A stretch of DNA of 64,000 nt from an uncultured virus (IMG/VR IMGVR_UViG_3300020472_000022) (IMGVR_UViG_3300020472_000022), one strand, 5' to 3'. Positions 28,578 through 38,242 are shown, counted from the first letter of the stretch. Notes: generated from the sequence alone by a model not told the origin. A program made the numbers and translations.

Positions 28578-28883
28578 ATGAACTTAAAGATAACAGAAAA
28601 GAGTAGGAAAGGAGACTTCGCTGAACTATATGCTATAACATGGTTATGGGATAACGGCTATGAAGTTTTTAAGAATGTAGGATGTACTGGTATTGTAGAT
28701 TTAATAGCTATGAAAAACGGAGAGACAAAACTAATAGATGTTAAAACAGAAACCACAGATAATAAACGAGGATTAAAAAGAAATAAATCTTGTAGAAGCA
28801 AAGAACAAATAGAAAAAGGAGTACAGTTAGTAATGTTTAATCCTGATTATAGATCACTTAGATTTGTAGCTCATAAACAATGA
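28578..28883 (+). CDS. Small PD-(D/E)XK endonuclease
   Basis: KGDFAE..GYEVF..VDLI..LIDVKT. Confidence 0.7.
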   Translation: MNLKITEKSRKGDFAELYAITWLWDNGYEVFKNVGCTGIVDLIAMKNGETKLIDVKTETTDNKRGLKRNKSCRSKEQIEKGVQLVMFNPDYRSLRFVAHKQ

Positions 28884-29746
28884 AATATAAATTAGACAAT
28901 GTTGTTGATGATATTTATAAAAAGCTATCAGTCTTAGGAAAAGGAAAGCAATTAAAAATATCTGAAGACGAGATACAAAATTTTGGTGAAGCCATGAAAG
29001 ATAGTTTAAGATCATGGTGCAAGCCACACGCACATAATAGATCTCCATCTTTAAGAATGTCTAACATAGGTAAAAAACCTAGACAGTTATGGTTTGATAT
29101 GAACTCACCAAAAGATAAACAAGAAGCATTACCTCCTTCTCTTTTTATTAAGTTTCTTTATGGTCACTTATTAGAAGAAGTTATGTTATTCTTAGTAAAG
29201 TTATCAGGACATAAAGTAACAGGAGAACAGAAAGAAGTATCTGTAGATGGAATAAAAGGACACATGGACTGCATTATAGATGGAGAAGTTGTTGACATAA
29301 AAACAACATCAGGTTTTTCATTTAGTAAATTTAAAGATGGAACTCTAGCTGAACAAGATACCTTTGGTTATATGTCTCAATTAGCAGGATACGAAGAAGC
29401 TGAAGGTACAAAAGATGGTGGCTTCTTAGCAATTAATAAAGAGACAGGAGAGTTGGCATTATTTAAACCATCTACATTTGATAAACCTAATATTAAAGAG
29501 AAGATTAAAAAATTAAAAAGTTATATGAAGAAAAAAACTCCTCCTGAATTTTGTTATACTCCTGTACCAGATGGAGTATCAGGCAATATGAAATTACCTA
29601 GAGAGTGTGAATGGTGTAGACATAAGTTTGAATGTCACAAAGACACTAACGAAGGTAAGGGATTAAGAGTATTTCAATATGCAGGTAACAAAAGGAAATA
29701 CTTAACACAGACACCTAAATTACCTAGAGTACCAGAGATAACATAA
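28880..29746 (+). CDS. PD-(D/E)XK exonuclease (Cas4/RecB-like phage exonuclease)
   Basis: LRMSNIG, GHMD..DIK, QLAGY, C-terminal CEWC..C. Confidence 0.75.
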   Translation: MKYKLDNVVDDIYKKLSVLGKGKQLKISEDEIQNFGEAMKDSLRSWCKPHAHNRSPSLRMSNIGKKPRQLWFDMNSPKDKQEALPPSLFIKFLYGHLLEEVMLFLVKLSGHKVTGEQKEVSVDGIKGHMDCIIDGEVVDIKTTSGFSFSKFKDGTLAEQDTFGYMSQLAGYEEAEGTKDGGFLAINKETGELALFKPSTFDKPNIKEKIKKLKSYMKKKTPPEFCYTPVPDGVSGNMKLPRECEWCRHKFECHKDTNEGKGLRVFQYAGNKRKYLTQTPKLPRVPEIT

Positions 29747-30042
29747 TGAGTGAAAAAAAATCAAGAGAGCTTAGAAAAAAAAGTAAGTTATTTTTTATGG
29801 AGTGGATTAAAACTATTCTACCTGATGAAGAAGATACTTCTAAATTAACTTTAAAAAATATGCATGAGTTATTACCTGACGATACTCACTACTTTGCAAA
29901 TGGTAGAGTATGGTTAAGTGCGTACACACCAAGATGGTTTAATAAAAAACTAAAGAAAAATCCTAACTTAACAGTAGAAGAGATCATAAATGAAACTGAA
30001 AGTTCAGCACAGAAAACAGGTAACGATGGATTAATTTTATAA
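29746..30042 (+). CDS. Hypothetical protein
   Basis: Translationally coupled ORF. Confidence 0.65.
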   Translation: MSEKKSRELRKKSKLFFMEWIKTILPDEEDTSKLTLKNMHELLPDDTHYFANGRVWLSAYTPRWFNKKLKKNPNLTVEEIINETESSAQKTGNDGLIL

Positions 30043-30467
30043 TGGTAGCTAGAAAGAAAAGAAAAGTTAGACCTAAAGATCCCAAAGCCCCAAAAGGTTT
30101 TGATAGTCTATGGGAATATAATCTATATGAAGAGACATTAAAGTCTTGGAAGCACCATGCACAATGTATAGATTATATTATTGAGAAAAGCTACGAGCCT
30201 GACTTCGTTAAAGTAATAGATGGTAAAACTATTTTACTTGAAGCTAAAGGTAGGTTCTGGGATTATCCAGAGTATAGTAAATATGTTTGGCTTAGAAAAG
30301 CTTTGAAGAAGAATGTAGAGCTAGTGTTTTTATTTCAGAAACCTTTCTCTCCAATGCCGGGAGCTAGAGTAAGAAGAGATGGAACTAAAAGGACTCATGC
30401 AGAATGGGCTGAGAAGAATAATTTTTTATGGTATAGTGAAGATACACTACCAGAGGATTGGAAATGA
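30042..30467 (+). CDS. Endonuclease I-like (T7 gp3-like)
   Basis: DSLWE, YEPDF, EAKG, WAEKNNF. Confidence 0.8.
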   Translation: MVARKKRKVRPKDPKAPKGFDSLWEYNLYEETLKSWKHHAQCIDYIIEKSYEPDFVKVIDGKTILLEAKGRFWDYPEYSKYVWLRKALKKNVELVFLFQKPFSPMPGARVRRDGTKRTHAEWAEKNNFLWYSEDTLPEDWK

Positions 30468-30772
30468 GTAATAGAATAATTAAATATAAATACTTAGAAG
30501 ATGAGATACTAGAACAAGTAAAAAAACATATTGATGGTACATATAATCAACACTATGCTGAAGGAAAGTATCAAGCAACAGATGTAATTATAGATACAGG
30601 ACATGGAGAGGGTTTCTGTATGGGTAACATACTAAAGTATGCTATGAGGTATGGCAAAAAGAATGGTAAGAACAAGGATGACTTACTAAAATTGATACAT
30701 TATGCTATCATTGCAATAAGTGTAGATATAGATCCGTCAGAAAAAATAACATTTAAAAGAAGGAGTGATTAG
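30458..30772 (+). CDS. DUF3310-like protein
   Basis: HY, GFCMGNILKYAMRYGKK, DLLKLIHY. Confidence 0.75.
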   Translation: MEMSNRIIKYKYLEDEILEQVKKHIDGTYNQHYAEGKYQATDVIIDTGHGEGFCMGNILKYAMRYGKKNGKNKDDLLKLIHYAIIAISVDIDPSEKITFKRRSD

Positions 30773-32709
30773 TGACAACAAAACTACCAACACAATACCA
30801 AGAGTTTATTCATCTCAGTAGATATGCTAGATGGAATGAAGACAAACAAAGAAGAGAGACTTGGGAAGAGACTGTCAAGAGATATTTTGACTTTTTTGAA
30901 AAACATTTACAAGAGAATAATAGCTATAAATTGACAGCCAATATGCGCAAACAATTAGAACAGGCTGTATTAAACCTAGAAATAATGCCAAGCATGAGAG
31001 CTTTAATGTCTGCAGGTTTAGCTTTAGAACAGGATAATGTAGCAGGATTTAACTGTAGTTACCTTGCTGTTGATACACCAAGAGCATTTGATGAAACACT
31101 TTACATACTTATGTGCGGTACAGGTGTAGGCTTTAGTGTTGAACGACAGTATGTTAATAAACTTCCAGAGCTACCTGAATCGTTGTTTGATACTGATACT
31201 GTTATTAAAGTTGCAGATTCAAAGATAGGTTGGTCTAAAGCTTATAAAGAATTAATATCTTTACTATACTCAGGACAGATACCTAAGTGGGATGTATCAG
31301 GTGTAAGACCTTATGGTGCTAGATTAAAAACATTTGGTGGTAGAGCTAGTGGACCAGATCCATTAGAAGATTTATTTCAGTTTACGATTAATATATTTAA
31401 AGATGCAATCTCGGCAGGACAAAATAAATTAGTGTCAATTAACTGCCATGATTTAATGTGTAAGGTTGCAGAAGTTGTGGTGGTTGGTGGTGTTAGGAGG
31501 TCTGCTCTTATTTCTTTGTCTAATCTATCTGATGATAGAATGAGAGTAGCCAAAAGCGGGTCATGGTGGGAAACTAACCAACAAAGAGCATTATCCAACA
31601 ACTCTGTAGCCTACACAGACACTCCAGACATGGGTACTTTTATGAAAGAATGGCTATCTCTTTATGAAAGTAAGAGTGGTGAGAGAGGGATGTTTAATAG
31701 ACAATCTGCTGAGAAACAATCCCTGAAGAATGGAAGAAGAGAAGAGTATAAAGACTTTGGCACTAATCCTTGTAGTGAAATTATTTTAAGGAACAAACAG
31801 TTCTGTAACTTAACTGAAGTAGTTGTTAGAGAAAATGATACTGATGAAACTTTAAAAAGAAAAGTAGAACTGGCTACAATCTTAGGAACTTTCCAAGCTA
31901 CCTTAACTAACTTTAGATATCTAGGAAGTAAGTGGAGACAGAATACTGAAGAAGAATCTTTACTAGGTGTATCTCTTACTGGCATCATGGATAATAAGAA
32001 CATGGTTATGAAATCTTTATATCCTAGTAGTTATCATGATGAAGTTGATCTAGATACTTTAAAGAACACAGCTATTGATGTAAATAAAAAGTGGAGTAAA
32101 ACATTAGGGATCACACAATCAGCCGCTATTACTTGTGTTAAGCCTAGTGGAACTGTTAGTCAATTAGTAGATAGTGCTTCAGGTATTCATACAAGACATA
32201 GCCCATACTATCTAAGAACTATTAGAGCTGATAAGAAAGATCCTCTAGCTAAGTTAATGGTAGATCAAGGTGTGTATTATGAAGATGATGTAACTAAACC
32301 TGAACATACTTATGTGTTTTACTTTCCAATTAAAGCACCAGAGAGTGCCTTTACAAGAAATGACATCACAGCTATACAACATTTAAAAGTATGGATGAAG
32401 TATCAACAGGAATGGTGTGAACATAAACCTTCAGTTACTGTATCAGTTAAAGAGAATGAATGGTTAGATGTAGGAGCTTGGGTTAAAAATAACTTTGAAA
32501 ATATTTCAGGTATATCATTTCTACCACATGCTGATCACTCATATAGACAAGCACCTTATCAAGAGATAACTGAGAAGGAATATAAAAAGTGGTTAAAGAA
32601 AACAACAGATCATGTAGATTGGTCTTTACTATCACAATTTGAAACAGAAGATATGACTGAGAACACTAAAGAATTAGCTTGTACTTCAGGCACTTGTGAG
32701 ATTATCTAG
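30772..32709 (+). CDS. nrdJ: Ribonucleotide reductase class II (B12-dependent, RTPR type)
   Basis: NCS, GGVRRSA, TNPCSE, TCVKPSGT, C-terminal CTSGTC; no class I beta subunit nearby. Confidence 0.88.
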   Translation: MTTKLPTQYQEFIHLSRYARWNEDKQRRETWEETVKRYFDFFEKHLQENNSYKLTANMRKQLEQAVLNLEIMPSMRALMSAGLALEQDNVAGFNCSYLAVDTPRAFDETLYILMCGTGVGFSVERQYVNKLPELPESLFDTDTVIKVADSKIGWSKAYKELISLLYSGQIPKWDVSGVRPYGARLKTFGGRASGPDPLEDLFQFTINIFKDAISAGQNKLVSINCHDLMCKVAEVVVVGGVRRSALISLSNLSDDRMRVAKSGSWWETNQQRALSNNSVAYTDTPDMGTFMKEWLSLYESKSGERGMFNRQSAEKQSLKNGRREEYKDFGTNPCSEIILRNKQFCNLTEVVVRENDTDETLKRKVELATILGTFQATLTNFRYLGSKWRQNTEEESLLGVSLTGIMDNKNMVMKSLYPSSYHDEVDLDTLKNTAIDVNKKWSKTLGITQSAAITCVKPSGTVSQLVDSASGIHTRHSPYYLRTIRADKKDPLAKLMVDQGVYYEDDVTKPEHTYVFYFPIKAPESAFTRNDITAIQHLKVWMKYQQEWCEHKPSVTVSVKENEWLDVGAWVKNNFENISGISFLPHADHSYRQAPYQEITEKEYKKWLKKTTDHVDWSLLSQFETEDMTENTKELACTSGTCEII

Positions 32710-32954
32710 TGGAGATTGTAGAAGTTAAATGGGATGATGCTTGGATTGATACAGATGATTATCTCAAGAAGGATTCTGAGAAATTAAAACCGATTAGAAG
32801 AACTACAGTAGGATTTTTAATAGCTGATAGAGAAGATGCTATTGTAATGTGTACAGATATCTATGAGAAAGATAGTAAACACATAAATGCCCCAATGGTT
32901 ATACCAAAAGGAATGGTAGTTAACTATTGGATTTGGGAACAACAAAAGGACTAA
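32709..32954 (+). CDS. Hypothetical protein (WxDA motif)
   Basis: VKWDDAW..TVGFL..IPKGMV. Confidence 0.65.
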   Translation: MEIVEVKWDDAWIDTDDYLKKDSEKLKPIRRTTVGFLIADREDAIVMCTDIYEKDSKHINAPMVIPKGMVVNYWIWEQQKD

Positions 32955-32955
32955 G

Positions 32956-33117
32956 ATGAATTTATTAGATAGACTAATAACAAAGAGAGCGGGTAATAAT
33001 ACTGACCAAGAGATCTATGCATCTCGTTGGGTATGGTATCATACGATTCTTTGTTTTTTATTATTTAATACTAATATTTTACTTCTTGCTATACTAGTGG
33101 TACTAATATTGAAATGA
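32956..33117 (+). CDS. Small membrane protein, 53 aa
   Basis: AAGGA RBS; RWVWYHTIL followed by a TM helix. Confidence 0.55.
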   Translation: MNLLDRLITKRAGNNTDQEIYASRWVWYHTILCFLLFNTNILLLAILVVLILK

Positions 33118-33338
33118 AAAAAAAGAATACTAAAGATGCAAACTTAGTAAGTTTTAAAATATTATTAACAAAAGAAAATGAAATAGTTACAGAACTAAGT
33201 TCGTTACCTGAAAAAGAAGTAGATAATATTTTTTATGAAAGCGAAAGAGATATTGTCAGATTTATTCTAAGAAAAGGCAAAGAAAAATTAATTGGATTAC
33301 ATAGCCTTTTACAAAAAGATTTAAACTCTAGGGGGTAG
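33114..33338 (+). CDS. Hypothetical protein
   Basis: Last gene of the rightward unit. Confidence 0.6.
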   Translation: MKKKNTKDANLVSFKILLTKENEIVTELSSLPEKEVDNIFYESERDIVRFILRKGKEKLIGLHSLLQKDLNSRG

Positions 33339-35061
33339 TGTAAACTTTTAAAGACTTAGACTTGCCTTTTACATTTATTTCTTTTATAAAGGTAGTTTTT
33401 ATTGTTGAATGTTTAGCAGTAGCTTCGCTAATTAGAAGATTAATACCTACATTTTTTGTAGCTGACTCTAACCTAGCACCAGTATTTACTGCATCTCCGA
33501 TGGCGGTGTAATCGAAGCGTGTGTCACTCCCCATGTTTCCTATGATTGCATCGCCTGAAGATATACCTACGCCTATTTCTACACCTAAGTCAGCTTCCTT
33601 TATCTTTTGAAGCATCTGTTGTCCTGCTAATATAGCTCTGTTCTCATGATCCGTTAAGTCTAATGGTGCATTAAAGATAGCCATCATAGCATCACCAATA
33701 TACTTATCTACCATACCACCTAGATCTTGAACTATAGATGATTGTATAGTTAATGCTTTGTTCATAATCTCTGTTACTTCTTGTGGTTCTAGCTTCTCTG
33801 ATAAAGCTGTAAAGCCTCTGACATCTGTAAATAAGAAGGTACAGTATCTTTTTTCACCACCTAATCTAAGTAGAGAAGGATCATCTTGTAGTTGTTTGAC
33901 TTGTCTTGGGTCTAGATAATGCTCAAATTGTTTCTTAATCTGTTGCCTTAACTTGAATTGTATTCTAAAGTTTAGCCAGAATTGTTGTGTAGATACAAGT
34001 ATCATAGATATCATACTCCAAGTCACATCTATGAGTAAATTAGACTGTATCGTGTAAGCTCCTCCAAAGCCTGTTAAGACTATTAAACCTAAAGCCGATG
34101 CCATTCCGATGGTAACACCAAGAAAGTTGATTACAAGGGCAACCAGAAGCCCTGAGATAGCAAATAAAGATAACTCTAGGACTAATCTGTAGTCTGGTAT
34201 TTTAGGACTCTCCATTAGTATACTTTCAGCTAGTGCAACTTGTATTTTATGAGGCTCTAATAGTCCTACTGGAGTAGATAATTGGGGCATAATACCTTTA
34301 GCTGTAACACCTACGAAGACAAAGGTATCCTGTACATTCATCTCCTCTAGTGTAGTCTGTGGTGTATCAACCCAACTAATCCACTTTCTTCCTAGACTGT
34401 CTGTTGAAATGGGAGGTAGCCCTTTTACTCTGATTTGCTCTATACCATTTATGTTTGTTCTTATTTGATATGTCTGACCACCTCCTAATATTTTTAATAC
34501 TTGTGTACCAAATGAGGCTACCCACCCACCTTCTGTTTGTTGTAATAATGGAATCTGACGCACCAATCCATCAACATCTATAGGAGCTGTTAATACTCCT
34601 TGAGTAGCAGAGTCTTTTAATACTGGTGTATTTTCTAGGAAACCTTTTGCTTTAGGTAGATTTACATCTTCACCTACTATAACTGTACCATGTGTCTCAG
34701 GATAGATACCATTATCAACTTCTGGCATACCTATAACACTTGGCAAACTTTGTAAAGCTATACTAAACTCTTCATCTCCTCCAAACCTATCAGGTTCTGG
34801 AAAGAGCATTACCCATCCAACACCTATAGCACCTTTGTCAAGTAACTCGTATTGAATTTCAGCAAGTCTTTGTCTTGGAAAAGGATAGCCACCTTCTCTT
34901 TGCACATCTTCATCAGTTATGTTCAAAGTTGTAAAGTATCCTGTAGGTTCAGGAGTTTCTATGAAGGCATCAAAGGTTTTAAGTCTAAGGATCTCTAATG
35001 GCTTTGCATTAAATATTAGAGGCAATGATAGTATAGTTAAAAGAAGTACAGCCCAACGCAT
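33328..35061 (-). CDS. CHASE2-domain class III adenylyl cyclase
   Basis: N-terminal TM, CHASE2-like region (YPFPR, F.EPDR, DVDGLVRQIP), 3 TM helices, FTDVRGFT, DKYIGD, YTAIGDAVNTGARLE, VKGK. Confidence 0.9.
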   Translation of the reverse strand: MRWAVLLLTILSLPLIFNAKPLEILRLKTFDAFIETPEPTGYFTTLNITDEDVQREGGYPFPRQRLAEIQYELLDKGAIGVGWVMLFPEPDRFGGDEEFSIALQSLPSVIGMPEVDNGIYPETHGTVIVGEDVNLPKAKGFLENTPVLKDSATQGVLTAPIDVDGLVRQIPLLQQTEGGWVASFGTQVLKILGGGQTYQIRTNINGIEQIRVKGLPPISTDSLGRKWISWVDTPQTTLEEMNVQDTFVFVGVTAKGIMPQLSTPVGLLEPHKIQVALAESILMESPKIPDYRLVLELSLFAISGLLVALVINFLGVTIGMASALGLIVLTGFGGAYTIQSNLLIDVTWSMISMILVSTQQFWLNFRIQFKLRQQIKKQFEHYLDPRQVKQLQDDPSLLRLGGEKRYCTFLFTDVRGFTALSEKLEPQEVTEIMNKALTIQSSIVQDLGGMVDKYIGDAMMAIFNAPLDLTDHENRAILAGQQMLQKIKEADLGVEIGVGISSGDAIIGNMGSDTRFDYTAIGDAVNTGARLESATKNVGINLLISEATAKHSTIKTTFIKEINVKGKSKSLKVYTTP

Positions 35062-36201
35062 TTAACCTCCCTGTTTGATTGTTATAGTAGAGGAAGTGCC
35101 ACCATTAACTGATAGCGGTGTCCTCTTACCATCTTGTTCTAAGACAACAGAAGATGATCCTGATTTATCAAGATTGATTCTGGAAGTATCTGAGACTTGT
35201 CTAAGGAATGTAACATCATTATCTGTTACGAAGGTATTAATTTGTGTGTTAGGATCAAAGCCTACTGCAGTACCTTTAATAGCTGTATCAGTAGTTAATC
35301 CAGATTTAGATTTATCTAGCTCATCAACATCTTCTATTATGTCTAATAAGTCTTCTAAGAAGTTTACATCTAAATAGTTAATGTCTAGTTCAGTATATTC
35401 TAGCTCGTCTTCTTCTAACGAATCTACCTCTAGTTCATTAAACTCTAAGTAATCTACATCTAATATATTATCACTTGAGCCTGTACTGTCTTCAGAGCCT
35501 TCAATGCTTTGTTCATCAGGAGGAGTTACTATAAGCATGTTATCTATTAGCTCTAATGTAATGTCTAATATAACAGGAGAAGAAGGAGTAGCTTCAAACA
35601 TAGATACAGTTGTAGCCTGATATGGCTGATTCAATGTAACTTGTCCTAGAGCTGACGATACAATCACTTCTCCGCTAGATAATCCGTTCTCATCGGGCAA
35701 TAATATGACTAAAGACCTACCAAGCTCATCTACAGTCACAGTAAAGTCTGTGCCTCTAATACCTATTGTAGCGGTAGGTGTCTTTATTGATATGTTTTCT
35801 TTATTTATTCTGGATAAACCACCAGATATAAAACGAGCAGTACCGCTAGCAAACTGAAGTGCCATCTTGGAATTACTTGGATTAGCATCATAGATAAACT
35901 CATCTATAAGAAGCTTAGAATGCTCAGTTAGTCTTACTTTACTATCATCAACAAATGTAATAGCTACTCTACCTTTAGCAGTCTGTACATTATCATAACT
36001 ATTGATAGAAAAAGCTAACTCAGCTTCATAATCTCTATCTCGTACTACTCTACCTAGCCCATTAAGCTCGGTAATACTTCCTATATCAGCAACCGACTGC
36101 TGTGCCTCCGTCATCCTGCTGGACACACACAGTACCATTGTTGCCAGAAGAAGTAATTTTAAGCCAATCGTTGTCAAGTGTACTATGTTGGTCAACATCA
36201 A
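35062..36201 (-). CDS. Exported FecR-domain protein
   Basis: Signal-like N-terminus, VQT..GRVAITFVDDSKVRL, IKTPTATIGIRGT; true start probably downstream of 36201. Confidence 0.8.
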   Translation of the reverse strand: MMLTNIVHLTTIGLKLLLLATMVLCVSSRMTEAQQSVADIGSITELNGLGRVVRDRDYEAELAFSINSYDNVQTAKGRVAITFVDDSKVRLTEHSKLLIDEFIYDANPSNSKMALQFASGTARFISGGLSRINKENISIKTPTATIGIRGTDFTVTVDELGRSLVILLPDENGLSSGEVIVSSALGQVTLNQPYQATTVSMFEATPSSPVILDITLELIDNMLIVTPPDEQSIEGSEDSTGSSDNILDVDYLEFNELEVDSLEEDELEYTELDINYLDVNFLEDLLDIIEDVDELDKSKSGLTTDTAIKGTAVGFDPNTQINTFVTDNDVTFLRQVSDTSRINLDKSGSSSVVLEQDGKRTPLSVNGGTSSTITIKQGG

Positions 36202-36802
36202 AACTCCTTGAGTTACCTGTATGATCTAGATAGAAATAGCCTTGTGCATATCCATCACCATCAAAATCAACAGCATTTGAATCACCATCTATATCCATAA
36301 AGTTAGTACCTTCATCATAATCTATATCGGCATCAATAGTATTACTATCGCCTTGTACTATCCAATCTAGATCAGTTGTACCAGCTAATGCATTAGTAGC
36401 TAAGTCTAGTGTAAATGTGTTACTAGAACCTGTTGTTTGTACATTTAAGTTTGAGTTATCAGCACCATAGGTGTTTGTAGGATCAACTTGAATAGTAAAC
36501 TGATTAGTATTACCATCAAATTGAAACATACCAACAACTGTATCAGCGTTTATATCTCCTAAGAATTTATTTGCATCACCTATTTGATTGACATCTAAAG
36601 TCATAGTAGCTCCGTCTAAGTCAAAAGCAGTTAGATTTCCTGCAGTTGAATTTAATCCGCCTATCATGTTACCAGTACCCATTTGTTCTAAATCTATACT
36701 TGCAGATGCGCCTACTTGATCAACAAAGATTTCATTATCAGCCGCGAATGCCGATACACCCGTCATCATTGCAACTAGGAACATTAATTTTAGTTTGTTC
36801 AT
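36086..36802 (-). CDS. Curlin-like (CsgA/CsgB-like) repeat protein
   Basis: Signal peptide ..SAFA; repeated x-Q-x-G-x-x-N units (DQVG, EQMGTGN, NQIGDAN, QGDSN); directly after csgG. Confidence 0.65.
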   Translation of the reverse strand: MNKLKLMFLVAMMTGVSAFAADNEIFVDQVGASASIDLEQMGTGNMIGGLNSTAGNLTAFDLDGATMTLDVNQIGDANKFLGDINADTVVGMFQFDGNTNQFTIQVDPTNTYGADNSNLNVQTTGSSNTFTLDLATNALAGTTDLDWIVQGDSNTIDADIDYDEGTNFMDIDGDSNAVDFDGDGYAQGYFYLDHTGNSRSFDVDQHSTLDNDWLKITSSGNNGTVCVQQDDGGTAVGC

Positions 36803-37607
36803 ATTCCCAATATCCCCTATCTATACCTATGTTAATAATATTTAAAACTGCTTCTTCAATAGCTTTTTGTAAAGCAATAGAAACACTTTCATTCTCCGTT
36901 ACTCCCCCTTCTACTTCTACTAGCTCTGTACCTTCCTCCAAGAATCTAAATAGATCTTGTGTTAATCCAACAGATAATATAGACTTTGAAGTCATTACTT
37001 CCATTAGAATCTCTCCCGTTGATACAGATACTAATCTTACAGATACACTAACGCTATCCTCTCTGTATTGTTTACTGCTTCCAATACCTAAATATCTTGC
37101 CCCCAATCCCCCACTAAATGTATTAGTGTCGTAGCTGATTACACCACCCTGTATTAGTAATCCAGCAAACAATAAAGGCTGTAATGTACTGTCCTCTTCA
37201 AAGCTCTCTCTAGTGCTTCTAATTAGTTGTCTCTCTTTAGTTAAGCTATCTAAGCCTACCCTTTCAACAACTTTAAAGAACTTGCCATTAGAGGCGTGTT
37301 TTAAAGCTCTAATAAGAAATGCTTCTGGAGCTTGAGTAATAGCTGTACTAAATAAAGCAAACTGACTATTACTTCTTCTAGCCCCTGTTAAGTCTTGAAA
37401 GCTATCTGCGTATACAGCTATAACTGGCTGTTGTGCAGATGGAGTAACATTCTTTAATTGTTTAGATTGTAAATCAAGTAGAGAAGCATCCTTCATAGAA
37501 GTGTAAGGAATACCTCCCGGACTTAATAAATAACTTGTATCTATTGCACAACTAGAAAGTAAAACTGCCAATAGGCACACTAATAACTGTCGTGTTACCT
37601 TCCGCAT
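36738..37607 (-). CDS. csgG: Curli secretion channel CsgG-like lipoprotein
   Basis: Lipobox LSSC; QDLTG..FSTAITQ..VERVGLDSLTKERQLIR..GGLGARYLGIG..QYR.D. Confidence 0.88.
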   Translation of the reverse strand: MRKVTRQLLVCLLAVLLSSCAIDTSYLLSPGGIPYTSMKDASLLDLQSKQLKNVTPSAQQPVIAVYADSFQDLTGARRSNSQFALFSTAITQAPEAFLIRALKHASNGKFFKVVERVGLDSLTKERQLIRSTRESFEEDSTLQPLLFAGLLIQGGVISYDTNTFSGGLGARYLGIGSSKQYREDSVSVSVRLVSVSTGEILMEVMTSKSILSVGLTQDLFRFLEEGTELVEVEGGVTENESVSIALQKAIEEAVLNIINIGIDRGYWEYEQTKINVPSCNDDGCIGIRG

Positions 37608-38007
37608 CAACAACAGTAAGGGTAATGATATCTCCATCAACCAAGTATTCAATAGTATTTCCCTCTAAAGTTATAGTACCTGATTCACTAGGCACTTCTC
37701 CAAATATGTTATCAACTAACTGTCTAGATAACTGTGCATAAACTCTACTTTCTAAGTTCCTAATAAACCTAGCTAGTGTTGTATTGTTAGCATCTCTTGC
37801 TAATTCTTCTTTATAAGCATCAATCTCTTCTTGTATTGCTTGCTTCCTTGTAAACTCTTGATTCTGTATAGTTAAGTAATGAGAGCTAGTATTGATACCA
37901 GAAAAGCTTGGACTGTTAAATCCAAACACCATCTCATCTCCATCAGCAGGAGAGTTTATTAAAAAAATAATAAGTAATACTGCAAAGACACTAATCTTTT
38001 TTATCAT
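37552..38007 (-). CDS. csgF: Curli assembly factor CsgF-like
   Basis: Signal peptide then EMVFGFNSPSFSG (compare CsgF MTFQFRNPNFGG); directly upstream of csgG. Confidence 0.8.
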   Translation of the reverse strand: MIKKISVFAVLLIIFLINSPADGDEMVFGFNSPSFSGINTSSHYLTIQNQEFTRKQAIQEEIDAYKEELARDANNTTLARFIRNLESRVYAQLSRQLVDNIFGEVPSESGTITLEGNTIEYLVDGDIITLTVVDAEGNTTVISVPIGSFTF

Positions 38008-38242
38008 TTTTCTGTTGTTCCCTTAACTCTATAACAGTATCTAGTTTTTGTTGTAGTCTAATGATGTCATTATCTAACATCCTAATTCGATCTATTAACG
38101 CTATTAAAGTTACTGTTGTTTCTCCTAACTTTGCTTTAATATTATTAGTAATAAATCCCCATATAAAATATATCATATATAAAAGACCTACAGTAGCTAC
38201 AATGGGAAAGCCATAATCGCTTATTAAAGTTGCTACATCCAT
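37991..38242 (-). CDS. Small single-TM coiled-coil protein (GFPI motif)
   Basis: ISDYGFPI + TM + DRIRMLDND; paralogue of the adjacent gene. Confidence 0.7.
   Translation of the reverse strand: MDVATLISDYGFPIVATVGLLYMIYFIWGFITNNIKAKLGETTVTLIALIDRIRMLDNDIIRLQQKLDTVIELREQQKNDKKD

Noticed and set aside
30772..32709. Intein or intron in RNR, polymerase, helicase or terminases
   Set aside because: Protein lengths are normal, frames are continuous and no intein terminal motifs are visible.
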